Assembly: GCA_001275005.1 (NCBI GenBank)
Contig: JWZX01003376.1
Coordinates: 1 to 49,735 of the forward strand
From: Chrysochromulina tobinii
Lineage: Eukaryota
Reading direction: 5' to 3'
DNA: 49,735 nt
The translations under genes and the position numbers were made by a program. Position 1 is the first letter of the stretch; the number at the start of each line of letters is the position of its first letter. Shown here piece by piece: positions 22,333 to 33,500 of this stretch. The notes under the pieces were generated by a model. The model did not search any database, was not told the DNA's origin, and saw only the letters and a list, made by a program, of their open reading frames with translations.

Positions 22333-24244
22333 ATGGCGATGGACTTCTCGCTCACCTACGGCGACGACTCATCCGCTGAACGTCCGCTAAGCATCCAAGC
22401 CGCGGACATCCACTTTGAAGCCGTGCCATCCCTGCGCATTGTGCTCATCACGATGCGCCTTACCATCGTGAATGATGCCGTCTGCCGCGACATCGAGGCG
22501 GCACTGCGCTTCCCGCTGCCTGATTCGGACGCATTGGTGTGTGGTTTCGAGCTGGACGGAATCGCAGCAATCTCCGTCCCGAAGGCCAAGGCAGCAGAGA
22601 TTACGTACAAGGAGATGGAAAAGGGACGGGCCGTCGCCACAGCCGCGGCTGTGCAGGGCGCGGTGTATGAGGTGACCATCTTCCCTCTGCTGTACAACGA
22701 ACCCAAGCAGCTCACGCTCTCGTGCTTCACCAAGCTCGAGCCTGACGAAGGTGCGGCAACTCTCGCAGTGTGCCCTGCCGCTCACCTTCGCCTCGGCAGT
22801 TAGCTCGGTGATCGTGGGCGCTCACGCGACCGAGGGTGCAGTCTGCATCGAGACGGACAGCCACAAAGCCGAGGCCGCCAGCTCCATCCTCCCACCTACG
22901 ACGCTCGGCGCAACGGCACTGCCCAACGGCGTCACGCTGCACATCACGCTCTCGCCGCCATCCGACGGCTCGCCCGATGATGGCGAGGCCACTGGCGAAG
23001 TGGTGAGTGCGTTGGGCAGCAGCGGTGGCTCTGAGAGGCATCTACTCTATTGGAGTGCGCGCCTGAGTGCGGATCGCCTCGATAGGGCGCTACGCGGGGC
23101 CATGGCCTCGCGGGCCGCCTCTTCGCGGGCCGCTGCCGCCATGCTGCGCTCGGGCTCTGACCCGAGCGCGCCCCACCTCGGCCTCTTCATCGATTGCTCA
23201 CTGAGCAGCGCACCGACGGCGGCGAGCACGTTGGCGATCCTCGAGGCCATCGGTGCAGCGCACGAGGCACGTGCCGCACATGCAGCGAGCTACTCGGTCT
23301 GGAGCTTTAACCACGTGACTCAGCAGCTCACAAGCCGCGCCACCCTCTCCGAGGCCCTCACGGCCATCCGCGAGCTGCGCTATGAAGGCAACACCGACCT
23401 GAGGCTGCTCAACGGTCTCCTTGAGCAGGCATCGGTAGACGAGGAGGGTGCGCGATGCGACGTGGTCCTGCTGCTCACGGGCGAGCCCACAGTGAGCACC
23501 TCGCTCAACGGCCTCGGCGCCGGCCACTTTCCAGTCCATGTGCCCCTACCCGACTCGGGCACGACTGCCAACCTGGCGGTGCTCAAATGGATCGCGTATC
23601 AACTCGGCGGCTCGACTAGTATAGCTCGCGCCGATTCGGCTGCTGTGGCGGCGCTCGCAGCGGGCGCGGCGCCACATTTGCTGCTCACCCAGCTCACAAT
23701 CGACCTGCAAGACGATCTCGACGCTTTCGAGGACCCCACCTTGCACACGGTGCCCGACTTTCGACTCGCAAGAGTCTCACATGCTACCGAGGCCGACGGT
23801 AGCATGCGTGTCAGCGGCGTGTGTTCGCTCGCATACGGCTCACGTGCGCCGCCCACGACGACGCGTTTGACGGTGAGCCGCGGCCGCCACGAGCGCGCCT
23901 GGATCGAGTTGCCCATCCCGGCACCCCAGGTGGTGCAGGCGGAGGCGGTGCTGGCAGCTGGTACCGCGATGGCGCACGCGCACGCAGCTGCTCTTGGGAG
24001 GCTGCTCGAAGTGCAGCACGCCCGGCTCATGATCGCCGATCCGTCCCGCTGGCTACCAGCCGAGTTCACGGCGCACGCGACCAAGGTTGCCACGTGCGCA
24101 GGACTCGCCTCTGAAGACTCTAGCCTCCTGCTGCTCTCTCTGCCCGAACAGTTTCGCGAGTATGAGCTCGAGGGAGGGTCCAACACACAAACAGTACCAA
24201 AAGGGTGTGAGGAATTTGTGAATTTCGATGTTGTGAGCGGGTAA
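22333..24244 (+). CDS. VIT + vWA-like domain protein; apparent frameshift near 22770
   Basis: VIT-like IEAALRFPLPDSDALVCGFEL...KAKAAEITY...YEVTIFPL. The MIDAS-like LFIDCSLSS, YEGNTDL and VVLLLTG lie in the next frame. Confidence 0.65.
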
Positions 24245-24956
24245 ATGGAGGTCACTCAGGTGTGCGCGGAGCGAGTGAGCGCAGGTTAGAAATGTGAATT
24301 CTGAGAGCCACGCCATGTTGATTTGCACCCGCCAGTATGCAAGCGCAGGTCTCGTCTGTCGGAAAGTGATCCTCAACAGTAAAAGTTCAAGTCTATCCCA
24401 CTTGAGACTCGGCCTTGAAGTTCTGAGGTCAGGTCGGACCGCTGAGAACAATACGGTTTAGTTATGAAACAAAAACTTGGTGATCACGCACATACATGTG
24501 ACTCCGTGTCATCGTTCTCTCACATGCTGTCTACCACATCGGGTCGAATCTCTTGTTTGTGTGAACGTTAACACGACAGACGCGACAACCGGTGCTACGG
24601 CACTTTGTGTGAAAGTTTTGACGAGAGAAAGTGCGGGGTCTGGCATTTGCCGTCATGACGAGAGTTTGCGGCAATACTTCACACCTGGTCGTTCACGCTC
24701 GGAACACGCATGCCTCCTGACCCGCGAGACGGCTCTGCAGCTCCTCGCAGGGGCTCCTCGTACTGGTACCTTATCGATCGACGGCGCAAGCGCTGAATGG
24801 AAACCCTTCTTATTCACGACCAACGATGTGCCACATCGACAGTGCGCAACTGAGCTGCGCGCATTACTGCTCCAGCAATGCGGCGCCGCGGTGGCAAACA
24901 CCGTTCACAAGACGGCTCGAGGTGTGATGGATCCACTTCTTGAATCCGCGCCAGAA

Positions 24957-26234
24957 ATGCGACTCGCACTACTCGCGATCGCGATACTGCCCCTGAGTGG
25001 TGCCGCTGGGACGAAATTCCCCTACGAGCAGGTTTGTAGTCCAAGCCTTGGCACTTTCGCTCCCACCCAGTTCTTCGTGCTGGCTCTTACTGCTGCCGCC
25101 CTCGTCCGCAGACGGTGATGTCCAAACTCTCACGCATGAGCAAGGCCGAGGCTGTTCAGTACCTCGACATGCACTCAACTCGGTACATGCTGCGCGAGGT
25201 TGGTGTGCCCGATTCAAAGGTGGCCGCAGCCCGCAAGCTTCTCTCGAGCGGCGAGATCAAAGAAATGACCGGCTCTGTGGTGCCGCTTGTGCGTAAGTTT
25301 GCGTCTATTTCTGAGCTCCTTGATGCGCCCGTTCTCACCAATTGGCCGGCGCTCGGTGGTAGCGGCGCGTGGCACTCGATGCGCGGCCCTTGGCCGAAGA
25401 CGCCTGCGCGCGAGCAGTGGACGCCACCGCCGGGCTGGCAGAAGCCGAGCAAGCCAGTAACGAGCTGGTACGATCAGGGTACCAGACTCTATGCCAAACC
25501 GGCGGTGATTGCTGCGGACAAAATGTTCCTGGACGAGAGCGCGGCGCTCGCCGCTGCAGCGTTCCCGATCGACGAGGCGACGCTCATCCAGAAGGCGAAG
25601 ACCTTCCTATACTGTGCGTCGCCTTATCCCTACCTCTCTCTAACACTCGGCAAGTGCGCCACTCACAACTGGATCTGAGGGTGCTGTCTGGCGTGCCTTC
25701 GCAGATAACCAGGGGATCGAGAGGCCCGAGCTCCTGGCCGAGTCCTTCGCCTTCATGGGACCGGTCGTGGGCGGCGCGGGTGGGCTGTCGAAGACGCAAT
25801 TCCTTAAGGCCGTCGGTGGCTTCAATCTCTATAAAGCATTCCCAGACCTCAACCCAAGGTTTCACCACTTCCGGGCGGACCCACTCGACCCCGGTCGCGT
25901 TTGGTTTACGAGCCAGGCGTCAGGAACAGACAACGGCGAGGGGTTCCTCGGCAACAAGCCGACGGGCAAGTCGTTCCTGACGCCACCGCAGGCGTGCTCC
26001 GTCAAATTCAATGCCGCCGGACAAGTGATCAAGTATACTATCGGTCATGTGATGGAGAGGAGCATTGGCAACACCGGCGGCCTCGGCGGCATCTTCGGCC
26101 CCGCATACGCGATCGGCAAGGCACTGCCCTTCCCCGAGGCACAACCGTGGAAGCCGTCGAAGCGCTACCGCGCGCTCATTCTGATTGGCAAGCTGAGCAC
26201 GTGGCTCAAAGAGCGCAAGCAGCCGAAGCCCTGA
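24957..26234 (+). CDS. Signal-peptide protein with a C-terminal SnoaL/NTF2-like domain, probably plastid-targeted; introns 25032-25111 and 25614-25704
   Basis: Leader MRLALLAIAILPLSGA. Both GT..CAG introns restore one frame. The domain reads LAESFAFMGPVVG...AFPDL...FRADPLDPGRVWFT...GNTGGLGGIFG. Confidence 0.72.
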
Positions 26235-26497
26235 GCTCCCTTCTGCTTTGGAGAGGGGGAGCGCGTAAGTGCGTCCGTGTGTGCTCTCGTCGTGCTGGCA
26301 CGGGGAGCGTGTGAAGCACCCGCGCGCGAGAGCGCAGAGAACACCCCACCGGTACGGTCTCGCGTAACTAATGCGGTATAATTGTACCGGTCGCATCGCA
26401 GCGTCACGCCCGCCCCCCCGACGCGCCACCTGAATAAGCGAAGGTCACCTTTGTCGTCCTCGTGTGCTGCTCTTGAACTTAAAGTACATGTACTTGT

Positions 26498-26530
26498 CTT
26501 GACTCATGTTGACTTGACTTGACTTGACTT
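26498..26530. repeat. (GACTT)n microsatellite upstream of the Lin0512 gene
   Basis: ttgacttgacttgacttgacttg. Confidence 0.7.
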
Positions 26531-26548
26531 GCACTTCTTGAACATGTG

Positions 26549-27107
26549 ATGATCGGCGTCCGGATGAAAATGATGGCGGGCGTGGCGAGGCTGAGCACCC
26601 GCCCGCTGTGCGGAATCACGCGCATCCCACACCCTCCAATGACAACCTCCCCTCCACCACCTGGTTTCAAGCAAGTGCTCTTTCTGGAAGCCGGTGTGGG
26701 CACCGATCAACACGGGCAGAACTTGACCAAGGCTTGTGTGCGGGCATGCAAAGATGTGCGGTTGCTGCGACCAAAACTTGTCTCATTGCTCTCTGAACTC
26801 AGTTCGCTCCTTATCGCAGGCCATCAGCTGGAACTCGATCCCGTCGCTCGAGACGCTCGTGCCTGGTGGTCGTTCGAACATCCTCCTACGTGTGCAGCTC
26901 GCTGTGCCTTATGAAGGCCCGGAGCCATGCACTCCGCCGTCCATTGATTTTGACGAGGTTCGGAGCCAGTTTGCATACGGCAACGTTATGCCTATTGAAG
27001 TCGTGCGCGGTGGTGCACGCTTCGAGTCCATGTGCGCAGTGCCCAGCCTCGGAGACACTTCCGACTCTTGGGTCATGGCGATCGCCGTAGTCACCATTGG
27101 TTACTGA
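26549..27107 (+). CDS. Lin0512-family protein with an organellar-type leader; intron 26756-26819
   Basis: LFLEAGVGTDQHGQNLTKACVRACKD|AISWNSIP...FAYG...IEVVRGG...IAVVTIGY. The intron is phase 0, GT..CAG. Confidence 0.8.
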
Positions 27108-27230
27108 AACGTGATCCACCGACGTGTACACCCGCTTGGGCGTCCTGTGCTTGCCTCGCGAACTGACAATTTGATTGTCGAAACTTGGACGGTGTATGAT
27201 TCATGAAAATTAGGCAGGCCCGTAGGCGTT

Positions 27231-27803
27231 TCACTCGCTATCGGAACCGCTCTCACGGGCAACGAAGGCCGCTCCTTCGCTCGCCGCAAAAAGGCTTGAG
27301 CCATCGTAAACGCATCTTGTGCCATCATATAAGCACGAGCGACCTGAGGACGGCACGGACAGCTCGCTGACTTTTGCACCAGCCTGTGTGTACAAACGAT
27401 CAATTTGGACATCGAACAGCGCCGATGCCTCTCTAAGGAGACCATTGAGGCTTGACACGATGACTATCTGGCCGTCGGCCGCGTGGCCCTGCGGCGAGTT
27501 GCTGTAGACCTGCACTCGAAGCTGTCCTGGTGCACCCAATATTGAGCCGTTCAGGTTGCTGTCTTCATCATTGTAAACCTCGCGCGCCCATATGAGCAAG
27601 AACACCAGTGTGAATGCCCCAACCACGTAGACGACACACTCCGAGCAGCGTGAGTGCCAGGTCGGAGGCCGCGCAGCGCGCGTTTCAACCGCAGCGTCAA
27701 CCGCAGCGTCAACCGCAGCATTACCCGCAGCGTTGCCGTTGCGATACGCCCGGCGCGATAACCCAGGGATGGACCGTCGATCGATCTCTTCGCCCACGGA
27801 CAT
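27231..27803 (-). CDS. Single-TM protein with a possible doublecortin/ubiquitin-like domain
   Basis: TM segment VVYVVGAFTLVFLLIWA, then LRVQVYSN...SLNGLLREAS...RLYTQAGAKV. The 3' end is uncertain. Confidence 0.45.
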   Translation of the reverse strand: MSVGEEIDRRSIPGLSRRAYRNGNAAGNAAVDAAVDAAVETRAARPPTWHSRCSECVVYVVGAFTLVFLLIWAREVYNDEDSNLNGSILGAPGQLRVQVYSNSPQGHAADGQIVIVSSLNGLLREASALFDVQIDRLYTQAGAKVSELSVPSSGRSCLYDGTRCVYDGSSLFAASEGAAFVARESGSDSE

Positions 27804-28022
27804 CAACTCGTCACGACTTCGCAGGTCCAAAAACAACGCGAGGTTTCCCACTCAGACGCGCAAACATAATCTGCGCAAACATAACTTGAAGGCGTCAATC
27901 GTGGCTCGCGGCCTCTTCGCGAAGGGACAAACTTGTCGACTTCTCCAAAACTTATTTTCTCGTCTCGCGCGAGTTTTGGAATCGTGGTGGTGGTGCAGAG
28001 AGGGGAGGCGCCGCGAATCGCC

Positions 28023-30110
28023 ATGGGTGCAGGTCCAAGCAAAGCTTCGAAGGACCGGCGGCTCCTGCTCGATGAGCTAACCGATGTCCGCATCAAAAAC
28101 ATCGAGAAAAGGTATCAAATGCATGAGGAGCTCGGCACAGGCTTCTCCTCAGCTGTATTGCTTGCCTCCCGGCGCGACATCCCCGGCAAAGAGGAAGTAG
28201 CACTCAAAGTACTGCCACTAAAGGTGCTGCTGAATCCCAAGAGCGAACTGCTCGACACGTTGAAAACCGAGGTCGAGCTGCTTCGTGGCAAGGTCAAACA
28301 TCCGTGTATCGTGAGACTCATCGAGACCTGTTGCGACGCCAAGTCGTTTTTCATCGTGCTGGAGCCACTCAAAGGGGGCGACCTGCTTGGAGCCCTCGCA
28401 AATCGAAGGTTCTTTCCGGAAGATCTTGCGAAAGGCATCTTTGCTAACGTGGTGCTCGCGGTCGAGCACTTGCACAAGTGCAAGCTGGTGCACCGGGACA
28501 TCAAGGCTGAGAACCTGTGCACCATCGATGTCAACTCCACCGAGTACAAGCTCATCGACTTCGGCTCGTGCGCTGACACTTCTGCTGGTGACGTGAATGG
28601 GCTAGCCGCGACCGCCCACTACTGTGCGCCCGAAGTGCTCAAGTCCGCAGGGTATGCTGAGGCGACGGGCAAAAAGGGCGCCGTCTCGATCATCGGCAGC
28701 GGCCTCGGATACAATGGCCCTGCAAGCGACATGTGGTCGCTCGGCGTGCTGCTCTTCTTCATGCTCACACGCAAGCTTCCCTTCGGCTCGACGATGGACA
28801 CCAGCGGCGTCATCGTGAAGCGCATCGTCGAAACCACGTCGGTCGACCACGCTGGAGCAGCCCCGGAGCGATGGTCAGACCTTTCGGCCGAGGCGAAGGA
28901 TCTGATCGAGTCGTTGATGAAAATGGAGCCGACGGAGCGACCGACGTGGGACGGCGTGCGATCGCACCCGTGGTGCCGCGATGCGATCGAGGCGCGCGAA
29001 GCTGTGGTCGGGAAAGGAGCACCGCCCCCTACTCCAGCGAAGGCGATCGAACCGTTATTGGACGCACTTCGAGTGGCGGAGGAGGAGGAGGCGGCGGCGG
29101 CGTCCGAGGCGGCAGAAAAGGCCGCGGCCGAGGCGGCTCATTTGGCGGCGGTGGCGTCTGCCTTGGCCGAAGCCGCTGCGGCTTCGCCGGGTGACGAGGG
29201 AGCGCGTGACGCGTCTGTGGCGGCGGCGGCTAGGGCGGAGGCGGCTAAGGCGGCAGCGGAGGCGGCCAAGGCAGCTAAGGATGAGTCGGTGGCGGACCGC
29301 CTCCTGGCGGCAGCGCCATCACCTGCGGTGGCGGAGGCGGGAGAGCCGGCGCCTGCCCCAGTCAAGCCGCTCACCAAGAAGGAGAAACTGGCGGCTGCCA
29401 AGGCGGAAAAGGAGAAAGTGGCCGCTGCTAAGGCGGAAAAAGAGGCGGCGGCAAAGGCGAAGAAGGAGGAGGCGGCAGCGGCGGCGAAGGCGAAGATAGA
29501 GGAGGCGAAGCGTCTGAGGGATGAGGCGATCGCCAAGAAGAAGAAGCCTGCCAAGGGAGCCAAGGGAGATAAAGGGGATACCCTCTTCAAAGTAGGCAAA
29601 GTGGAAGATGTCGCTCCCGTCGCCGCCGAGGGTGAGGCAGTAGGGGCCGAGGGTGAGTCAGCAGGGGCCGAGGCGGCAGAGGCACCTGCGAGTGCCGATG
29701 ACATGGCCCCTGATATGAGTACGAAGGAGGCAGCGCCTGCGGTGGAGGCTGCTGCTGAGAGCCAATCGGCCCCAGCCAAGCCACTCACCAAGAAGGAGAA
29801 AGCGGCGGCTGCCAAAGCTGCCAAGGAGGCAGCTGCCAAGGCGGAAAAGGAGAAAGTGGCCGCTGCTAAGGCGGAAAAGGAGGCGGCGGCAATAGCGAAG
29901 AAGGAGGAGGCGGTGGCGAAGGCGAAGGCGAAGACTGAGGAGGCGGCTGCTGCCAAGGCTGCCAAAGCGGCTGCTGCCAAGGCTGCTAAGGATGCAAAGA
30001 AAGCCAAGAATAACAAGGCCGACTCCGCCGACTCAACGCCTCAGCAGCGGGAGAAGGTGGAAGATACGGCTGTTGAAGGCGAGGGCGAGAAAGTCGTCCA
30101 GATGATCTGA
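28023..30110 (+). CDS. CAMK-like Ser/Thr kinase with a putative N-myristoylation site and an Ala/Lys/Glu-rich repetitive tail
   Basis: MGAGPSK start, then LGTGFSS, VALK, HRDIKAEN, DFG, APE and DMWSLGV. The KPLTKKEK-AAAKA blocks are duplicated. Confidence 0.92.
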   Translation: MGAGPSKASKDRRLLLDELTDVRIKNIEKRYQMHEELGTGFSSAVLLASRRDIPGKEEVALKVLPLKVLLNPKSELLDTLKTEVELLRGKVKHPCIVRLIETCCDAKSFFIVLEPLKGGDLLGALANRRFFPEDLAKGIFANVVLAVEHLHKCKLVHRDIKAENLCTIDVNSTEYKLIDFGSCADTSAGDVNGLAATAHYCAPEVLKSAGYAEATGKKGAVSIIGSGLGYNGPASDMWSLGVLLFFMLTRKLPFGSTMDTSGVIVKRIVETTSVDHAGAAPERWSDLSAEAKDLIESLMKMEPTERPTWDGVRSHPWCRDAIEAREAVVGKGAPPPTPAKAIEPLLDALRVAEEEEAAAASEAAEKAAAEAAHLAAVASALAEAAAASPGDEGARDASVAAAARAEAAKAAAEAAKAAKDESVADRLLAAAPSPAVAEAGEPAPAPVKPLTKKEKLAAAKAEKEKVAAAKAEKEAAAKAKKEEAAAAAKAKIEEAKRLRDEAIAKKKKPAKGAKGDKGDTLFKVGKVEDVAPVAAEGEAVGAEGESAGAEAAEAPASADDMAPDMSTKEAAPAVEAAAESQSAPAKPLTKKEKAAAAKAAKEAAAKAEKEKVAAAKAEKEAAAIAKKEEAVAKAKAKTEEAAAAKAAKAAAAKAAKDAKKAKNNKADSADSTPQQREKVEDTAVEGEGEKVVQMI

Positions 30111-30573
30111 TGTTGAAGCCAAGTAGCGTGCACACATGTGCATGTCCTGTGGTTGGGTGCTGATGGGATAGTGCGATCATGTGGGCCGGTCGGCCGTCCG
30201 TGTGCGCGTGGGGTGGGCGGGCGCCCTGAGGTATTCAGCTGGGTCCTTATACGACTCTGAGGACCGCCAACGCAAGGTAGCGGTCCTCGCTACCGGCTAT
30301 ACGCTTACGGCTTCACCTACAACTTTTACGTTCAGATGTATAACTCATAAAAAGCTCGCACGGCCCTTGCACGACTAAGACGTCCTAATAACGACGAAGA
30401 CACGTGTGTAACGGTGCCGTACACAGACGAGATGACTGATGACAGAACACGCCGGCGCCAGAACTGAGAGCACAGACGCCGATACGACATAGATTCTGCA
30501 TTCGCACATCGCACTTGGCGTTATAGAATTGCATGGCCTCTCCATGCTAAATGTACTCAGAAAGTAAGGGGGC

Positions 30574-33500
30574 TCAAATCTCGGTATCCATCCCCACCTC
30601 CTCTTCGTCATCGTCGTCGTCCACGGCCGCCATGCGCGGAACCTTGCCAACCGTGCTCGCGGCGTGCCCTCCGCCGGGCTTTATGTGCACCTGCCGTCAT
30701 CAGAGGTCATCAGAGGTCATCAGAGGTCATCAGAGGTCATCAGAGGTCATCAGAGGTCATCACAGCTCCCTCCTCACAGGGCTCCTTGCGCACCTGTCGG
30801 CGCCAGTCCGAGCCCTCTTCTTTCCACGAAAACCAATCTTCCCACTGATCTGAGCCGTCGGGCAGCACGATGCGTGCCTGGAAAGTGCCATCGACGAGGA
30901 CGGCAATCACCTCGGCTGGCACCCACACAGCCGGCGCGTCCTCGCTTGCCGCGACTTCAACCTCCACCTTATCGCCCTCGAGAGGCCACTGCCAGCCGTT
31001 GGGCGGCGGCGATGAGTGCGGCGCGGCAACGAGCTTGGAGCGCTCCTCGCGCCGCCCGCCCGCAGCCTTCGCGCGATAGCCTTTGACGGGCTTCTCGGTC
31101 GGCTGTGGGTTGTCGTCTGGCTCGTCCGGTGCGCTCTTCTTGGCCTTCCGCGGTGACATTTTCTTCGCGATAAGAGCTTCGGCGGGTCCAGCTTCGCCTG
31201 TAGCCTGTTCGACTTCTGGCTCCGGGGCGCTCTCGTCCTTGGCAACCCGCGCGCGCGCTTGTTCCAAACGCTCGATGATCTCGGCCTCGCGACCCCGCAC
31301 GACCCAGCTCTTGGTCGGCACGTCCCAAAACCACTTGGGCTGCGGGCGCAGCTGGCTCGCGTCTACTGTATGGGTTGCTTCAAAGTGAACCGACTTGACC
31401 ACCCATTGGGGCGGCGCGAGCTCCGGAAGCGCCTCGGTGACCAACACGTCCCACCAGCCGCCGATGAACGAGAGTTGCACGGTATCATTCACGCGGAGCT
31501 TGGCCGCCCAGCCAGCGTCAACAGGTGGCAGCGGCAGAGGGCGCACCTTGCGCACAAACTCGAGCTGCTGCAGCCCGGGCATCTGCGCGGTATCGTCCAT
31601 CTCGTCGACGTCGTCCCCGTCCGCGAGGAGTTCTTCATACTCCACGCGTATCTTATCGGGCGCCTTGTGATCAAGTACGCGCGCTTCGAACCAGGCGCCG
31701 AAGTGCTCGGCGCTATCCTGTAGCACCTCCACGCTCATCCCGATCGGCCAATCATACGCCAACCTCTCAAGCGCCTCTTTATTCGCGAGCGCGGCGGCGC
31801 CCTTGCCCTTGGGCGCTGCCGGGACGGCGCCTTTGCCCTTGGCGCCCTTGGCTGTCTTGCCTGCCGAGCCGCCGCCGCTCGCGGCGCTGCCCGTGCTCAC
31901 GCGGCGGCGCTTGGCATCGCTGGCGCCGGGCGTGCCGTCGACGCCGCCCTCGTCGTCGTTACTCTCGTCGTCGCCCGGGGTCATAGTGGTGCTCGCCTTC
32001 CTCGCAGCAGCACGCTTCTGGCCAGCGGACCCGCCGGCGTCGCTCTTTCGCCCCTTGGCTCCCTTCTTGAACCCCCTCTCCTGCAGCTGCTCGTCGATTG
32101 GCGCCTTGATGTCGAGCTGGTATTTAGGGTCGGAGAGCACAGCCAAGTACAGGGTGAGCATCTCGTCGAGCTCCTTGAGCAGCGTGGCCTCGTCGAGGTT
32201 CGCGCCGTACTCGTACATGCGCGAGATGATGCATGCCTTCTCGTAGTCACCCGCGAGCCCGCCGTCAGCGCGCAGGTCGATCTCGCCGTTGGTGTCCCAG
32301 CCTTCGAGCTCGCCTGCCGTCGTGAGCTCGCTGAACTTGGAGCGTACGAAGTTGGCCACATGCTCCAAATGACGCATCGCTGCAGAGGAGCCGAGCACCG
32401 CCTTGAGCTTCGACGTGCCCTGCCCGAGGCACAAGTAGACGGCGGACATGTCGGCTCGGAAGAGGTACTGCATGTACAGGCCCGCCTGGGTGGACTCGAG
32501 CGGGTCAGACACAGCGATCCAGGGCACCTTGGCCCAGCCGCCGCAGCCGCACGAGGAGCGCACAGCGAATGCCTCGCCAACATTGCGCTGCAGCCCGAGC
32601 TCGATCGATTCCATCAGCGTCATCCAGCGGTGCCCTTTCTTGAACGCCTCGTGCTTCTTCCGATAGTCGTACTCGTTCATCATCTTGGCGATGCCGTCGG
32701 CGAGCCGCGTGATGTGCTGGATGTTATTCGCCAGGCACAGCTTGAGCCGCACGCGCACCGAGCCGTTTTTCTCGACCATCGTCCACAGGCTCGCGTCCAC
32801 GACGCGGCTCTTCTCGAGGGCGCGGACCTTGAGCATGTGTCGCATCTTGAAAGCCTTCTCCAGCTCCGCCTTCTCCTTCTCCTTGCGCTCGAGCTCCGCC
32901 TCGAGCGCCGCCTTCTGGGCAGCCTCCTCCTGCTCGGCCCGCCGCTTGCGTTCTTCGCGCTCGGCTTCACGCGGCGCTTTCTCGGCACGGCGGGCGGCCT
33001 TCACCCTCTCCCTCTCCTCACGCTCCATCTCGTGCACATGCATCTTGGCCGCCCGCATCACAAGCTCATCGAGATACTTGGCCACGGTCGCCCTGTCGCG
33101 CTCGTCCCGCACAGCCTGCTTCTTGGCCGCAATCTGCTCTGCTTTCTCACGCTTCTCACGTTCCTTGGCCGCATCCCGCTCGATCTTCTCACGCTCCTTT
33201 GCAACACTCGCTGCCTTGCGCCCACGCTCCTTAGCTTCGCCTGCCTGCCGGCGCAGCTCCGCCAAACGCTCGGGATCCTTACACGCCTTCGCCTCGTGTA
33301 TGAGCGACCGGAGCTCTTCGCGCGCGAGCCGCTCCTCCTCGCACACCGGCTCGCTGCCCGGCGCGCGAAGCCCACCCGGCCCGCCGCTGCCCTCTCCCTT
33401 CTTGGGTGCGGGGGCGCCGGCGGCGTGGTTGCCCTCGAGCCCCGTGATCTCCGACGGGCGCATCCTGTCAAACCCATCCGGATAGAGAGCGACCACAAAC

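Noticed and set aside
24477..24956. Upstream extension of the SnoaL-like gene
   Set aside because: It has a non-ATG start and no motifs. A clear signal peptide begins at ATG 24957.
29138..30016. 292-aa Ala/Phe/Ser-rich minus-strand ORF
   Set aside because: It is the antisense of the kinase's low-complexity tail.
32130..32720. A complete McrBC restriction system or bacterial contamination
   Set aside because: There is no McrB AAA+ GTPase or McrC nuclease. The domain is in frame within an intron-containing eukaryotic gene with similar GC-rich codon style.
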